Shown here piece by piece: positions 18,811-32,215 of a DNA stretch of 64,000 bases. The DNA comes from Vicugna vicugna (Eukaryota): the NCBI GenBank assembly GCA_013265495.1, contig MU059537.1:682001-746000 (forward strand), read 5' to 3'. Within the stretch, counting starts at the first letter, position 1. Each line of letters starts with the position of its first letter. The notes below the pieces were generated by a model, which was given only the letters and a program-made list of their open reading frames with translations, was not told the origin of the DNA and ran no database searches. The position numbers and the translations under genes were made by a program.

Positions 18811-21287
18811 GCTGAGTTTTGATGACCCCCAGGAGACCCTGCTCATCCCAACCCCAGCTCCCTGGGAGAGAGGAGCCCTGGGCAAGCGACTTCCACCATC
18901 CGACGCTGCATCGTCATCTGGATGCAGTGCGAGCTCCTGTCAGGCTCCGTGATACTACACCCAGCACCCAGAGCCCACCAGGCTGCTCAGGCTGCAGACC
19001 TGGGCCCCAGCACCCCGTTCCCCCTTGCCTGGGGCACCCGCTCCAGCCAGGCCCGGGGGGCACCTGCTGTAGCTGGCACGGTCCCAAGCCCTTCGGGGAA
19101 GTCTATTTTTATCAGGGCAGGAGCCGTTCCTGGAAACCTCCCAGAGCAAGCCCAAGTCTGCACACTGCTCGGGGCCCAGGAGGGGAGACCCGACAGGCCA
19201 AGCCCACGCCAAGCCCTCTAGAAACCTTCCCAGAGCACTCCCGTCCCTGCACCCTTTGCACTGAGGATCCAGCCCCCATCACCGGCAAAGCTCCACCGCC
19301 TCCCCTCCCAGCACCCCTGTCCAACCTCCTCCCTTCAGCCACATGCCCTCAGAGCAGAGAGTGTCCCGGCCCCAGGGAAGGCATGTCTGGAAGGAGGGAC
19401 CCAGAGGCTGTCGACTCCACCCACCTCCCACATGGGGCCTGGCACCAGGAGGGCTCCCAACTTGTTGCGGAAGGAACAAATGACCCAGCGTTCTGGGCGG
19501 AGGTCCAGATCTGGGGAGTATCCAGAACCCATCATGGGATCTCAGCCCCTGAAGTCCAGAGGAACCTGAGATCACCCAGGCCATCTAATCCCCAGCTTGC
19601 ACACCTGCGGCGGCAGGGAGCTCACTGCTCCTTGGCGGCACCTTCCATCTTCGGGCATCTCCCTGAGTTATGAATTCCTCCCTCTGGTGCCTCCTGAATG
19701 CCTACTGCTGGGCTGGGGGCCTGCAGGAGGAAGGCTGCGGAGCAGATGGGCCAGCACAGCAGGGGTCGTGGGAGGCAGAACTGGAAGGCTGGGTGGCCGG
19801 GGAAGGCCTGCAGGAGGAGCTGGCCAGTGAGGGGAGCTGGCACACTCCTGCTATCTGGAAGCTCGTCATCGGGGCTCGACCGGCTGCCCTTGTCCTCTGT
19901 GGGGCCTGTGGCCTCCTCTATAAGTGGTGACAGTGCCAGGGAGGAACCCACCTTCCGCAGGGATGCCAGCTCTAAGCCGGTCACGGGGCTGTGACCTGGA
20001 AGCAGAGCTGTTTGGGAACAGGCTTGCGTTTCCACCCTCCCCCGGGAGAGGCACCAGGATGGCAGCACGGACACTGCCCCTCGGGCGCTGCAAGGGGCCA
20101 CCCTCGCCACAGAGTGGTTTTAATGGTGCCTCGTGGGGCATAGTACCCACTTGCCAAACCAAGTGGCCCACCCCTCCCCAAGGTGACCCTCACACGCCAT
20201 CAGGCCCCAGCACTGCCCAGGCAGGCCACAACTCCACCGCAGACCTGGGAGCTGTAACTGCCACCTCCACAGGCGAGCACCGGTGAAAGCGTGGACAAGG
20301 CTTCTGGATTCCACCCTAGCTGTCATCAGGGGTGGACACGAAGCAGCCAGGCTGGCAACCAGGTGAGCCGGACCAGGAGTCTTGGGTCTTCTGAACCCTG
20401 TGGCCACCAGGAACCTGCCGGGCCCACGTGGAGCCTCCAGGCAGGCAGCAGGTGCAGGCGCCGACTGCCACTCTGAGGGCTGCTGTTGCCCCAGCCCCAG
20501 CTAGGATGCGGGCCCTCCCCACCTCAGCCTCAGCCAGCCTGGCCTCACCTTGATGGGCCTGGACACTCCCCTGATGGGACTCGCACGAGAGGAAAGAAGC
20601 AGGGTGGGAGGGGAGCTCACATGCCTGTGGTCCAGCTGGGACTGGGGTCTCAGGCCTGGGGGCTAACCCAGTGCTGCCTGGACCACCTCCCCTTGAAGCC
20701 CTGGCTCCTCACCTGAAAAAGATACTACAAGCCCTGCCTTGCTGGGGTGCCAAGGGGACAAGGGGCAGGAGGCACTGACAGCTGGAAAACAGGGCCTCCA
20801 GGCAGCAGCTCAGATGAGGAAACTGAGATGCAGCCAGGGAAGCAGGGCCTGCCACCCCCGAGACCCCTGCAGCTGAGGGGTAGGGCACCTCCCCTGCCTC
20901 TCCCCACCCCCTCCCTCACACTCCCACCCCTGGGGCAGCCTTTCCTGCCGGGAGCTCACAGCTGGGGACACAGTGGCTTGGAAGGTGTGGCTACTGCTAG
21001 CCATACCGCCTGTGACATCACATATATGACACACTGGCCACAGCTCATCCAGGTGTCCAGCACATGAGGGGACTGCACCCCTGAGGCTGCCTGCCTCTGC
21101 GCAAAGGCCCCCCAGCCCTGTTTACCCATCCCTGACCAGGGTGCCTCACCCCCCCCCCAGTGACCCCTCCCTCCCTGAGGCTCTGAGCCAGTTCAGCCAC
21201 TTGTGTCCTCCCTGTGGCCTCCCCGGCTCCCATCCCAGACCTCAGGATCCTTTCCAAGAGGGGAAGGGGGGGCAGCATTTGTCCATT

Positions 21288-21365
21288 CATCCATTCATTC
21301 ATCCAATTTAGACGTTCATTGAGTACCTCCCAGTGCCAGGTGCTGGGCTAAGCCTGGGGGACACA
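21288..21365 (-). mobile_element. L2 3' end
   Basis: cattcatccattcattcatcc...cattgagtacctcccagtgccaggtgctgggct = antisense L2 tail. Confidence 0.75.
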
Positions 21366-24300
21366 CGGGAAGAAGTCACCAGAAAAGGCAAAAAGCCTGC
21401 CCGGCCCTCCCCGCCCTCCCAGACAGGGCTGCGGGCCTCCCCTCCACTCCCTGCCCTGAGAAGCCACCCCCCAGACTGCCCAGCTCAGGTGGGCCGGGTA
21501 ATTACAATACTGTAGCTGCCCCAGGAGCAGGTGGGAGTGCCGCTCATGCAGGCAGCACTACTGAGTCAGGGATCACCTCACCCCTGGAGCCAAACCTCTT
21601 GGGTTCCGCGCAGAGACCTCCCGCCATCCTGTGCCTCAGTTTCCCTGGGCTGTCACATGCAGTTAGAATGTGGCATTTTCCCAAGGCCTCCTGTCACTGG
21701 GCTACTCAGGTCACACCTGGGCCACCCTTCCCCACCCAGCCCAGCCTCCCCTCCCCTGGCTCAGGGAGCATCACCCCTGTGGAACTCCCACCTGGCCTGC
21801 GGCTCCCCTGTGAGCTGCCCTGGCCTTCAGGCCCTTGACCTGGGGGACTGCCTCATGCTCCCCCTGCAGCCCACATCCCGACCTCTGGACCGAACACCAT
21901 CCCCGCCTCCCATCTTTACTGACCAGGCGACCTCGGCGGTCACTGTGTGCCTGTTTCCTCACCTGCAAAGAGAGAAATGACAGCTGCCCGGAGCACGCCC
22001 ACAGCCTGGCCATCACACTGCCTGGGGGGCCTCACCTTGGAGCACAGAAAGGAGCCCGCCCTCCAGTCTAAGTGGGTCCTTTGAGGCCAGAGCTAATGCC
22101 TTCGACCCCTGTCCCCCGTCCCCAGTGTCAAGGCCTTGCCTCCCTGGGCCCCTCCCCATGCAGCTCTGCCCCTTCCACCAGGCAGCTCAGGACCCCACCA
22201 GAGACCCAAACTCGGGGACACGGAGGTGCCCTCAAAGGAGGTCCACCCACCCTGCCCCTCCTCAGGGGAGGGGAATCTCAAGGGTCTACAGCCCCCTACC
22301 CCCTTTCTCTCTCTGCCGCCCCCACCCAACCAGCCGGCCCACCCTCCCCACCAGAGTGGGTGTCAAGAGATCTCATATTCTTATCTCAGAGTGAGGCTCA
22401 GTACAGGTTTGCTGGGTGCACATCCTGCCTCCAGCCCGAGACTAGCCCTCTGCCCAACTATACAGTGAGTGGCTGCCAGGCAAGGCCTGGCCTGGGGCTG
22501 GAGACAGAATGGTGGCGCCCAACCTGCTGCTGCTCACATGCCATCCTTGGCTCCCTATGGCCTGCAAAACTGAGGGGAGGTCTCACTTTTCAGCCCGGCC
22601 CACTGGCCCCTGCCCCTCCACCCTCAGTAGGGGGAGGTGGGGAGGGGGCTGCAGGATTCATGGCTCACCTGCCAGAGCCCAGGCCCAGGGGAACGTCAGT
22701 ACAAGGCCTTCAGAGCAGCCAAAGCCGATGCCAGAGGCCAGCCACCTTTATCAGCCACCACGGTGATGTGCACCCAGGTCCTCAACTCAGAGCCCAGCAG
22801 CTCTTGCTCTGCACACCGTTATGGCCACCCAAGAAAGTTCCAGATAATCCCAACTCCCTCAGGGGTTATTAAAACCCAAGATAACAACATATGACAACCT
22901 AAGCCACCACTTACTAACAATAAATGGTAATAACGCAGTTACCACTTGAGTGCCTGCTTTCTGACCGAGCCTGAAGATTGTCGGGGTCAAACAGATCATA
23001 AGCTCTGTTTATTAGCTGGGGGTCCTGCACTCCTGAAGCGCCACTGATTCGTTTTGGACAAGGGGGTTTAACATAGCCCAGCTGGTCGCTGGAGGGTTCA
23101 GACTCGGCATCTGGACTAATGGCCACAACCACCACAGACCGCACACGTGCTCCGGCCGTTTCCAGCCCCACAGCACCTCCAAGGGCACCTGCTGACTGGT
23201 GACAGCCCCCTTCGCCCTGGCTGTCCTGGAGTGACACTTCATAGCACCTGGTTCCCCCACGCCGCCCCCGTGACGATACACGGTCATGCAGTCACTGCGG
23301 CATGACCCTCATTTCACAAGAGAGGACAGGGCACAGAGGGGGCTCAGTCACTCCACAAGGGGGAGAAGAACCAGGCTGGACCCCTCCGCCAGCTCCGAGA
23401 ACCCCCTCTGCACTGTGACCCTGTCCCTCCTGTTGACTGTGTGACCAGTGTTCCCAGTCACCCTCCCTCCTGTGCCACTGAGGCCGGGGGACCACAACCA
23501 GAGGCTTGGGGCAGGCTGCACTATGAGTGCCTGGAAGGAGAGTCCGTTCCAACATGGTCCAGTTTGGGTCTGGAAGGAAAAGGACCTCTCGCCCCATTTG
23601 ATGGAGGAAACCACTGAGTCTCCCAGCTGAGCTGCGAGCATGAGCAGGAAGGCCTGGGGACCCCACAGCCTGGTCCTCACCCCACACAAGCCTGCCAGGA
23701 GCCCCCAGACACTCACCCTCCTTCCAAGTCCTGGAGTCCTGTGGCCACGCCCCCAACCCAGCTTTATCCCCGGCCTGGCCTCCCGGCCTCCCGCCCTCCC
23801 GCGTCAAAGGCCCTGGAACGCCGCCAGACGCCGGGGAGGCGGGGGCTAGGACAGGGGCAGCCCCAGAAGGATCCTGCCTTGCTCCCGCCTCCCAGGGCAG
23901 TCCTGGCAGCAGAGGAGGGGGGCTGGGACACGAGTCTGAGATCATGGCGCGCACCCTGGTCCCGGGGAGAAGGCAGGAGAGCCCCCTCCCCTGCCAGGCA
24001 GGCTCTGGGTCCCATAGAGGACAGGACAGTCCCCAGGGCCTTGTAACTGCTGGCAGCCAGAGATGAAGAGGGCAAGAGGGACAGGAGGGGGCAGGCTCAG
24101 AGCCAGCGGGGAGGGGGTCTGAGGCATCAAAGCCCAGGCCCCGCAGCTGGCAGGGCTGGGGGACAGAGGGACAGCCTAGGGGCTTCCCTGGTCTCTACCC
24201 TGTCTCCCTACTGCCTGCTGTGAGCTAGGAAAGGGGTCCCAGGGCCCTTCCCTCGCTGTGGGGAGCTCACTGCACCCCCACCTCCCCCAACCACCTTCAC

Positions 24301-27069
24301 AGACACAGCCCAGCCTTCTGCAGCCTGACCCCAACCTAAGCAGCCCCCTGTGCCCTCCCTGGCCCACTCAGGGGGACCCAGGGCTCTCCCTTCCAGGCTG
24401 TAGCAGGTTTGCCCAGAGTTCTGCTGAGCTGGGCACTCAGTTCATCCATCCTGTTGTCCGATTTTCTCCATGAGGAAGGGAGGGAGAAGGCCAGCTAATA
24501 CGCAAGTTAGTCCAGCCTCCCCAGGCCTGAGATCCAGGGCCCCACAAAAGCATGAAGGAAGTAGGAACCCCCACCAGTGGGGGAGGGGCTGTTCCTGCTT
24601 CCCAGGGCCTGGGTCACTTGTCCCTCCCCCACCAGGATACTGCCCATCACTACGCATCAGGAGGGGTGGCGCCCTCTCCCCTGACACTGGCTGGGGCACT
24701 GGGGGAGGGGGTATCTCAGGCTCGCCCAGCCCCCACAACTGTACTTCCTGGAGGCAGAGGAAGGCCACCAAGAAGCCCACGCTGTGCCTGCCCCCCCCAA
24801 CAGGTGAGGTACTGCGGGCAATTCCCAGCTGCAGGACGGCCTCCACCCCTGTCACCCAGACGGCTGCCCCACCCCATGGTCCCACTGCTTCCCAGCTGCC
24901 GCCCGGGCTCAGTGCCATCGTGGCCACCCAGTGCCCCAGCCGGTCCCCAAAGCCCTGTGGACAGAATGGCTGCGAGACAGCCAGCCAAGGCAGCGGCTCT
25001 GACAGGACTGCCCTACCCTGGCATGACTGGGAACCCAGTGTGGACACAGCCTGAGGGGAACTCTGGCAATGTGTGAACACTCACTTGTGCCACAAACAGG
25101 GACGTCCAGACCAGATACCTCTGCCAGGCAGGGTGGGGGCCCATCGCCTGCTGCTCTGCCATGCCCTCCAGTAGCCTTCCACATACCCTGTGCCCTCTGG
25201 TCCAGGCCCCGTCTTCTGCCTGACCCAAGAGGCCTCTGCCCAGTCTGGAGGTCGAGCTGGGAAGGCTGGGCTCCCCGGCCTCACAGTGCCGGGGACCTCC
25301 ACACAGAGAGGGGTGTCCACCTTTCTGAGGCCCAGGCCTCAGCATCCTCTTCAGGGCCCCAGCACCTGCATTCTCACACCCAGCTGGGCTGACCTTGAGC
25401 AGCTGAGAGCAGTGCTCTGCAGGCCCTGCTGCGCCCCCAGCCCCCTGCCCGGAGAGCCCCTAGTCCCGGAAGTCCAGTTGTCTGAGATGCTGGCGGCACC
25501 TCCAGCCCAGAGTCCTGTCTCTGGAGCACGGGGTGTTGAGCTGGGAATTCGCAGCCCCACATTCTGGACACAATCAGCAGAGCTTCAAAGCCAGCCCGCC
25601 CTCGGTGTTAGAGCTGCACCCGCAGCCCCCGGTGCACTCCTCCTGGGCCCAGCGGGGCTGGCACTGACTCCTGCACCATGCCACCGCGTCTCCAAGGCCC
25701 TAGAGGCCGGTGCCCGGAACGGGCGTGGCACCCCAGCAGGGCATGGAGTTTCAGGGACCCACTCAGAGCTAACAGCCTCTGAGAGGCCCCCACACCCCCC
25801 GGGCTCCCCAGCTCATCCTCTGCCAGGAATGTGGTGGTCCCCAGGAGACCCTTGATCCCAGCCTCCCGAGAGCCAAGCGCTCCCCAGGAAAACCCCGACC
25901 CCTCCTATTCCACGAGCGTGTGGACGGGACCCTCAAGAGGCACAGGGGATCCCGGCATAAACTGGGCCTCCAGGCTGGGGCCTCAGAGAACGGGGTGGGT
26001 GCTGGGTGCCAGGACCCTCAGCGAGGGTCCGTGTGGCCTAACAAGCCCTCTCACTGGCTGGGAGGAGGCTGCCCACCGAGTCCCCACCACCAGGATCAGC
26101 TGGAGGCCCCACAGGGCTCCTCAGCTGGCGAGGCACAAGGCCCACACCCAGCGGCCGGTGGAACGCCCACGGCAGGCGAGAAGGCCCGCCCCAGGCCGCT
26201 GCGTGCCCTGTGCCCATCTCCTCATCTCTCTGGGCCCTCCGAGTCGGCAGCACAAAGTGGGAATACGGGGCCCGCTGCAAGGTGAGCGAACAGAGTGGCA
26301 CCCGTGGGTGCCCACGGAGTTGTCACGTGGCCCAGGGGGCGAGTACGCACACGACAGGCGGTTCTAGTCAAGCCCACTCTGCAGAATGGATCCCAGATCG
26401 AGCTGGGCCCTCCTCGGGCCCCCTCCCCTGGGGAGTAGCTATGACTAACACCTCGGGAACCCTGGACAGCGCAAGGACAGGGGCCCTGAGGGCGGTGGGG
26501 AGGAGACCTGAGCGTGCAGCCCACACCCGGCAGGTGACACAGCCCCTTCCTGCCGCTCCTGGACAGCCTGATCCCAACAGGGCAGCAGGGTTGGAGCCCA
26601 CCCCAGCACCACTGTGGGGAGATCTGCCCTCAGACAGGGCAGCCACTCCCCTGTGCCCACCCAAACCCTCTGTCCACACTAGGGAGGTGGGGAGCAAAGC
26701 TGGCCTGGCATTCACAACAGGACCCTGTCAGCAGGGAGCCCAGGGAGCTTGCAGACCCCAGGGGTGAGTGGACCTCGAGGCATCACGGTGCGGTGGCCAC
26801 TTCTGCTCACCACCCCACCCAGAAGCCCAGCCAGGACAGGCATGCTGCACACCCTGCCCGTGTCACAACAGAGGAGACTGCAGACCAGCTGTGAACTGGG
26901 TCCACAGGCCACCCACGACCCTCAGTCCACATTCAGCCTCTGCCCAGCTCCCTGCTTCTCAGACATCCATGGCTGTCCTGCCCCTGGGCCACGTCCAGTC
27001 CTGAAGGCCCGAGGACCCTCCATGTAATGGCCCCGCAGCACGCCCTCGTCACAGGCCCCTGCCCACATC

Positions 27070-27160
27070 CATCCTCAACACAGTGTTGAAAGGCACTTGT
27101 CACCCCATTTTATGGGCGAGGAAACTGAGGCCCAGGCCATGCAGTCATCACTTGCTGATG
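27070..27160 (-). mobile_element. MIR fragment
   Basis: atcctcaacacag...ccccattttatgggcgaggaaactgaggcccag. Confidence 0.7.
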
Positions 27161-28100
27161 CCATGCAGCCCTGAGGGGCTGAGCCAGGATGCAGAGCCAG
27201 CGTGGGGTGGGCACTTGCTAGATGTTTTCTCCTTAAAACAGCCCCTGAAGGGGAAACTGAGGCCCAGCCCTCTGAGAGATGTCAAGACTCCCGCAGGCCC
27301 CATCACCCAGCACCAATCTCAGTCCCTGGGACCCCTCCCCTCAGCGCCGAGTGCAGGGCTGCTAGGGGTCAGGCGGGCAGGAAGGGGGTGTAAGATCACA
27401 GAGGTAGCCAGGGCCGCTGGCCAAGGCCCTGGTGGACACACGTCAAAGGGGCCCGCAGGAGCCGCGGGAAAGAGCTCTGACCTGGCCTCGGGAGGCCACG
27501 TCCAAAATAACCAGCCCCACCGCCCTGCAAGGACTCAGCCGGGTGCACGTAGGCTTCTCGGCCTGGGTGCTGCCAAGCTGGGTGCGGAAGGTCATGGCTA
27601 TTTCTGGCCCAGCCTGGCAGCGAGACACAGCCCCCCAGTGCCCCCAGGAGCCAAGCATGAGGGGGTGGCCGAGGCCCAGCAAGGTGCCAGGTCCTGATGG
27701 GGCCCCCCTGCTGCAGCCGTTTCTCTCTGAGCCAGCTCCCTTTCCAAAAGCCTGTCAGCGGCGATATTAGCCGGTCAGAGTCCTGTTGGTCCCATCAGCC
27801 TTCTCAGCCCATCGAACCCTGTGCAGCCTCCAGCCTGGGCTCCATCTGCCCGAGACGGGTCACCACCACCCCCGTGACTTTGTAGGCACAGATGACAGTC
27901 TGACCAATGGGAACCTAAGGCCCAGAGAGGGCGTAAGAACCTGAGGTGCAGCCTCCACTCAAACCTCCAGGCTAGACAAGTTCTCCAGGGGCCGAGGGGG
28001 AGAGGAAAGTTCCCTCTCATCACCCCAGGCCCAAGTGTCTGCCCCATTACTCTTGTTCAAGCTGCCACTGCCCACAGAGCCTGGTGGATGGCCAGCATGG

Positions 28101-28205
28101 GAGCCTGGCCTGGTTCCCATCCTGACTCCCTCAACATAAGCTGTGTGACACTGGGTATATCCCTCAACCTCTCTGTGCCTCAGTTTTCTCATCTGTAAAA
28201 TAGGT
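28101..28205 (+). mobile_element. MIR fragment
   Basis: gctgtgtgacactggg...aacctctctgtgcctcagttttctcatctgtaaaatagg. Confidence 0.82.
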
Positions 28206-30320
28206 TCACTGGAAGCACATCCTTCACGGAGCTGCCATTGGCTGTTCCCCAGGCTCTAGAAGGACACTCCCCTTCCAAGCAGCCTTGCCTGAGTCCCTCA
28301 AATGCTTCTGCTGTGCCAGTCACCCATGGGGGCGCTGTCTCTGGGGACTCTGGGATCTCCAGGACACCCGAGAAGCTGTCTTTCCCACAGGCTATCTCAG
28401 AGCCTTTATTCTTCTACAGAAGCGGGGAGCTGAGGCGGGCAGCCAGGGACGCGTTCCCAGCATGTTTCTGAAGCTAGGCACTAGTGGCAAGGCCCCTCAC
28501 AGAACCCCACCTCGGCAGTGCCAGGCTAGCCCCACCCAGTGCCCCAGCCCCACAGCCATGAGCAGCAGAGCGCCTGCCCTGACTCCTGCGCATCTGTACG
28601 TCTGGGACCACCTCTCTGAGCCTGGGCCCCATCTGTGAAGTGGAGCCGTGAAGACCCCCGGTCATGGCTATTAGCAGCGTTGCAGGAGCCATGCTGGTGG
28701 TCACTGTGTGACCGTCACAACATGGGTAGGGGCAGAGTCCAGGGATGGCCACCCACATACCCTGACACCCTCCCCAGGGGTCCCCACCTTGGCCCCCCAG
28801 GGGCAATGATGACCTGAGGGTGGCAGGATTGGCTCTTGCAGGCAGGCGCCACCTGCCATGAGAACAACCAAGGCTGGACGCCCAGGCCAGGTGGGCAGCG
28901 GGAGGGCCCAGACACAGGGAGCCCAGGGCCCACCAGGCACCCAGCCACGCCACCCTCACTGCTGCCCTGGCCACCCCCTCGGCAGCCCTGCCAAGGCGAG
29001 CAGAGCTTCCTTCCCAACAGAAGGTGGCAGGGCGCCCAGCACAGTGCGTCCTGGAGAGGGGCATCAGACCCCAGGCTGCCTACGCTGCCCACTCTAAGCA
29101 CCTGCCCAGCTCCCAGGGAGGAAGCGGGGACCAGCAGAACTGCTGACCCACGGGAAACCCCCCCCTCCCAGGCTTCTGAGATCCCCCATGGGGACCGGAA
29201 ACCCCTCAGCCTTTATGAGGGGCCGAGGCGCCTTCCAGCCTGGGGTCTGCGCCGGGCCCTGGCTCCCAGGGGAGGCTCCAGACACGGCTGCAGGCCAGCA
29301 GGCAGACCTGCGCGGGCAGCGCTGGCAGCCCCAGCAGCTCCACCCACTCCCTGCGCAGGAGCCGACTTCAGCCCCTTTCCCTGCACAGCGCGACAGCCCC
29401 TGGGTGGGGCTGGGGGTGGAGGGCTCTGAGGGACCAGAGCAGGGCCCCAGGGCCCAGGAACTTCAACCCACCTGGCAGTGTTATGTGGGTCATTCCCGTG
29501 GCCAGAAGGACACAGCGGCTCACGGTCCTCCTCCTGCAGAGCCAGGCCAGGCCTCAGAAGGGCGGCCATGGGCAGCACCCCCGGGCCAGGAGGCCCTTGG
29601 CGACACCTTCTCCATGGCAGGCAAAAGCTCCCAGAGCCAAGTGGGCGCGTGGGCCTGGCAGGCCCTCCTCCCCTGGCCCAGCAAGGCAATGAGAAAAGAA
29701 ATGTGTGCACGGACAGAACGGGGTGGGGACACACTTCAGAGGCCACTGAGCATGTGCCCTCTTTGTTCCAGCTGCCCCCTTGGCGACTCTGTGAGCCCCG
29801 CACAGGGCAGGGACCCGGGGTGCAGAGCAAGGCGGGAGCTGCCCAGCTGCCCCGCTCAGACGTGCCTTGGCTGTGACTCGTGGTCCTGCACTCGCTGCAC
29901 CCTGCTGCCCGGGCTCTGGGATCCACACACAGTGAGGCAAACACCCCAGCGGGGGACAGATCCGTGACAGAGCCCCTGACAAGGAAGAAGACAAGCCACA
30001 CGCATGAGGGTGAGGAGGGTCACCACGCAGGAAAGTGCGGGGACTTTGCACACAGACGTCGACCTGTCCCTAAGCCTCACTCCTTCATTCACTCAACAAA
30101 ACTCAGCCAAGGGAGGGGGACTACGAACCTGACCCCTCGCACTCGCCGGTCCCTCTGCGTCCCAAGCTGCGAGCAAGTGCTGGCTTCACTTTCTCTGCAA
30201 GAGCTAGTCAAGCCCTGCCTGCAGGAGCCCTGGGACAGAGCTGGGTTAATCCTATTTTGCAGACTTTAACCGTGAGCCTGCTCAAGGCAGCCTGCGTGGG
30301 ACAGGGCAGCTGGTTGAAAC

Positions 30321-30745
30321 TTTTTACTTGAGATAAAATTCACCTAACAGGTTCACCATTTTAACTCATTTGAAGTACACACTTGGGTGTCTTCTTTCAG
30401 TGCATTCAGTGTTATGTAACCATCACCACCATCTACTTCCAGAACATTCCCTTCGCCCCCAGAAGAAGCCCCACGCCTGCGAGCAGTCGCCCCTCCCCTC
30501 CCCCAACCCCAGCCCCTGGCAACCGTGAATCTGCTTTCTGCCTCTACGGACTTGCCGTTTCTGGACACTTTACACCACAGGGACCAGGCGCTGTGCGGTC
30601 CTTTGCGTTGGGCTGCCGTCGCTCAGCACTCACACTTTCACGGCTCATCCTTTGCGTGGCTGAGTGATCGCCCACTGTGTGCAGAGGCCGCTTTTTGCGT
30701 ATCTGCCCTTCAGCTGACGGACATTTGGGTCATTTCCAGGTCTGT
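30321..30745 (-). mobile_element. Old L1M-type LINE-1 3' region
   Basis: ttgagataaaattcac...tgtaaccatcaccaccatctacttccagaacatt...cccagcccctggcaacc...tctgctttctgcctcta..ggacttgcc = antisense L1MB/MC-like 3'UTR. Confidence 0.85.
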
Positions 30746-31914
30746 TTTCCTTTCACCTGCAGGGACTGAGCAGCAGCACGTAGCAGGAGTGATGCTGGAC
30801 ATGCGGGGGTCCCGGCGATATGGGGGATGGACAGGCCTGTGGGATCGGGGTCCACACCTGGGGGCGCCTGGTCAGCCCCTCCTGGGCCATCAGGGCTGCA
30901 GCATGCTGCAGGGTACAGGGCAGGTCCGGGAGGGACCAGGGCCCCAGCAGCTGGACAGGTGAGGAGGGACCCTCCAGGATCCCAGGAGGGACAGGGCTGG
31001 TCTTCAAGAATGGGAGGATTTGCCCAAGCATTTTTAGAGGTTAATACCGTCACACATACAGGGAGCATGGGTCTAAAAGCTATTCGATCCATCGTGTTTG
31101 AGGGAGCTGGCGGGAAGCTGGCTCAGATGGGGATTCAGGGCACTGTGTGCTTTAAGCCCATGGAGAGCAGGTGTTAGAACCAGAGGAGACAGTAGAGATG
31201 AGTGGTTTCCCACAGGGCAATGCCACCAACACCACAAAACTGCACGTTCCCGCGACTCCCCCGGGTCCAGGCTCCACTCAGTCATAAGCAGGTATGGACA
31301 TCCCTAGAGAGCCAGACTGCCGCGGACGGCCTGCTGGACAACACCTAAAAGGGCCTGGAAGGACTCACTGTCCCCCTTTTGCCTTAAGAGATCCAACTGG
31401 GTGAAAAGGGATGAGTGTCCGGGCGGAGGGTCCAGCCTGAGCAAAGGCCACAAGGCAGGAAAAGGCAGGCAGCAAAAAGGTGACCCCACCTTCAGGGTAA
31501 ACGCAAGGAGCTGCTCCCCAGGAAAGGTGGGATCAGGGTGGGCCTCCGTTCTCAGAACGCCGCGGGGGATAGGCGGGTCTCTGCAACCCAAATCCAGGCC
31601 TGTCACAGAATCGAGTGCAAGGCGAGGAAATGGAAACACCCAGAATCCCCAGCCGGGGGAGAAGCGCCACCGTGGGTCCCGAGGTGACAACACCTGGGCT
31701 CTGGTGCGGGGAGCCACCTGGGGTGACTGAGGATCTGGGGAGCATCTCCCCGACCCTGGCATCCCAGGTACTCCCACCCCTCTCCCCACTCCCTCCGTGG
31801 TGACACCTGAGTCAATCCTGTCCTCGGCTGAAACCCTCCGACAGCACCCACCTGACTCAGAAGGAAAGCCTACATCTTACCACCAGAAGGCAGGCTCCAC
31901 CCAGTTGACCTCCC

Positions 31915-32215
31915 TGCTCCCTTCCTCACGCACTCCAGTCCCAGCTGCCCTCCTGCTCTTCCCCCAACTTGCCACCAAGTCCTGCTTCTGGCCCTTTGCA
32001 CTTGCTGCGGCCTCTGCCAGGAGCTCTCCGTCCCTGCACTGTCCCATGCTGCCACCAGGCCTTTGCCTATGGGTGCCACTCCCCAACTCTCCTGTGCCCA
32101 TCCAAACCCCACCTCTTGGAAGCCCACTCACCAGCTCACAAACTCTTACTGAGCACCTACTGGGTGCCATGGCTGTGCTCTGGGTCCCAGGGAGCTCTCA
32201 AGGAGAAAAGCTCAG
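31915..32215. mobile_element. L2 fragments (one +, then one -)
   Basis: ggccctttgcacttgctg...ctctgcc (+) followed by cttactgagcacctactgggtgcc (-). Confidence 0.6.
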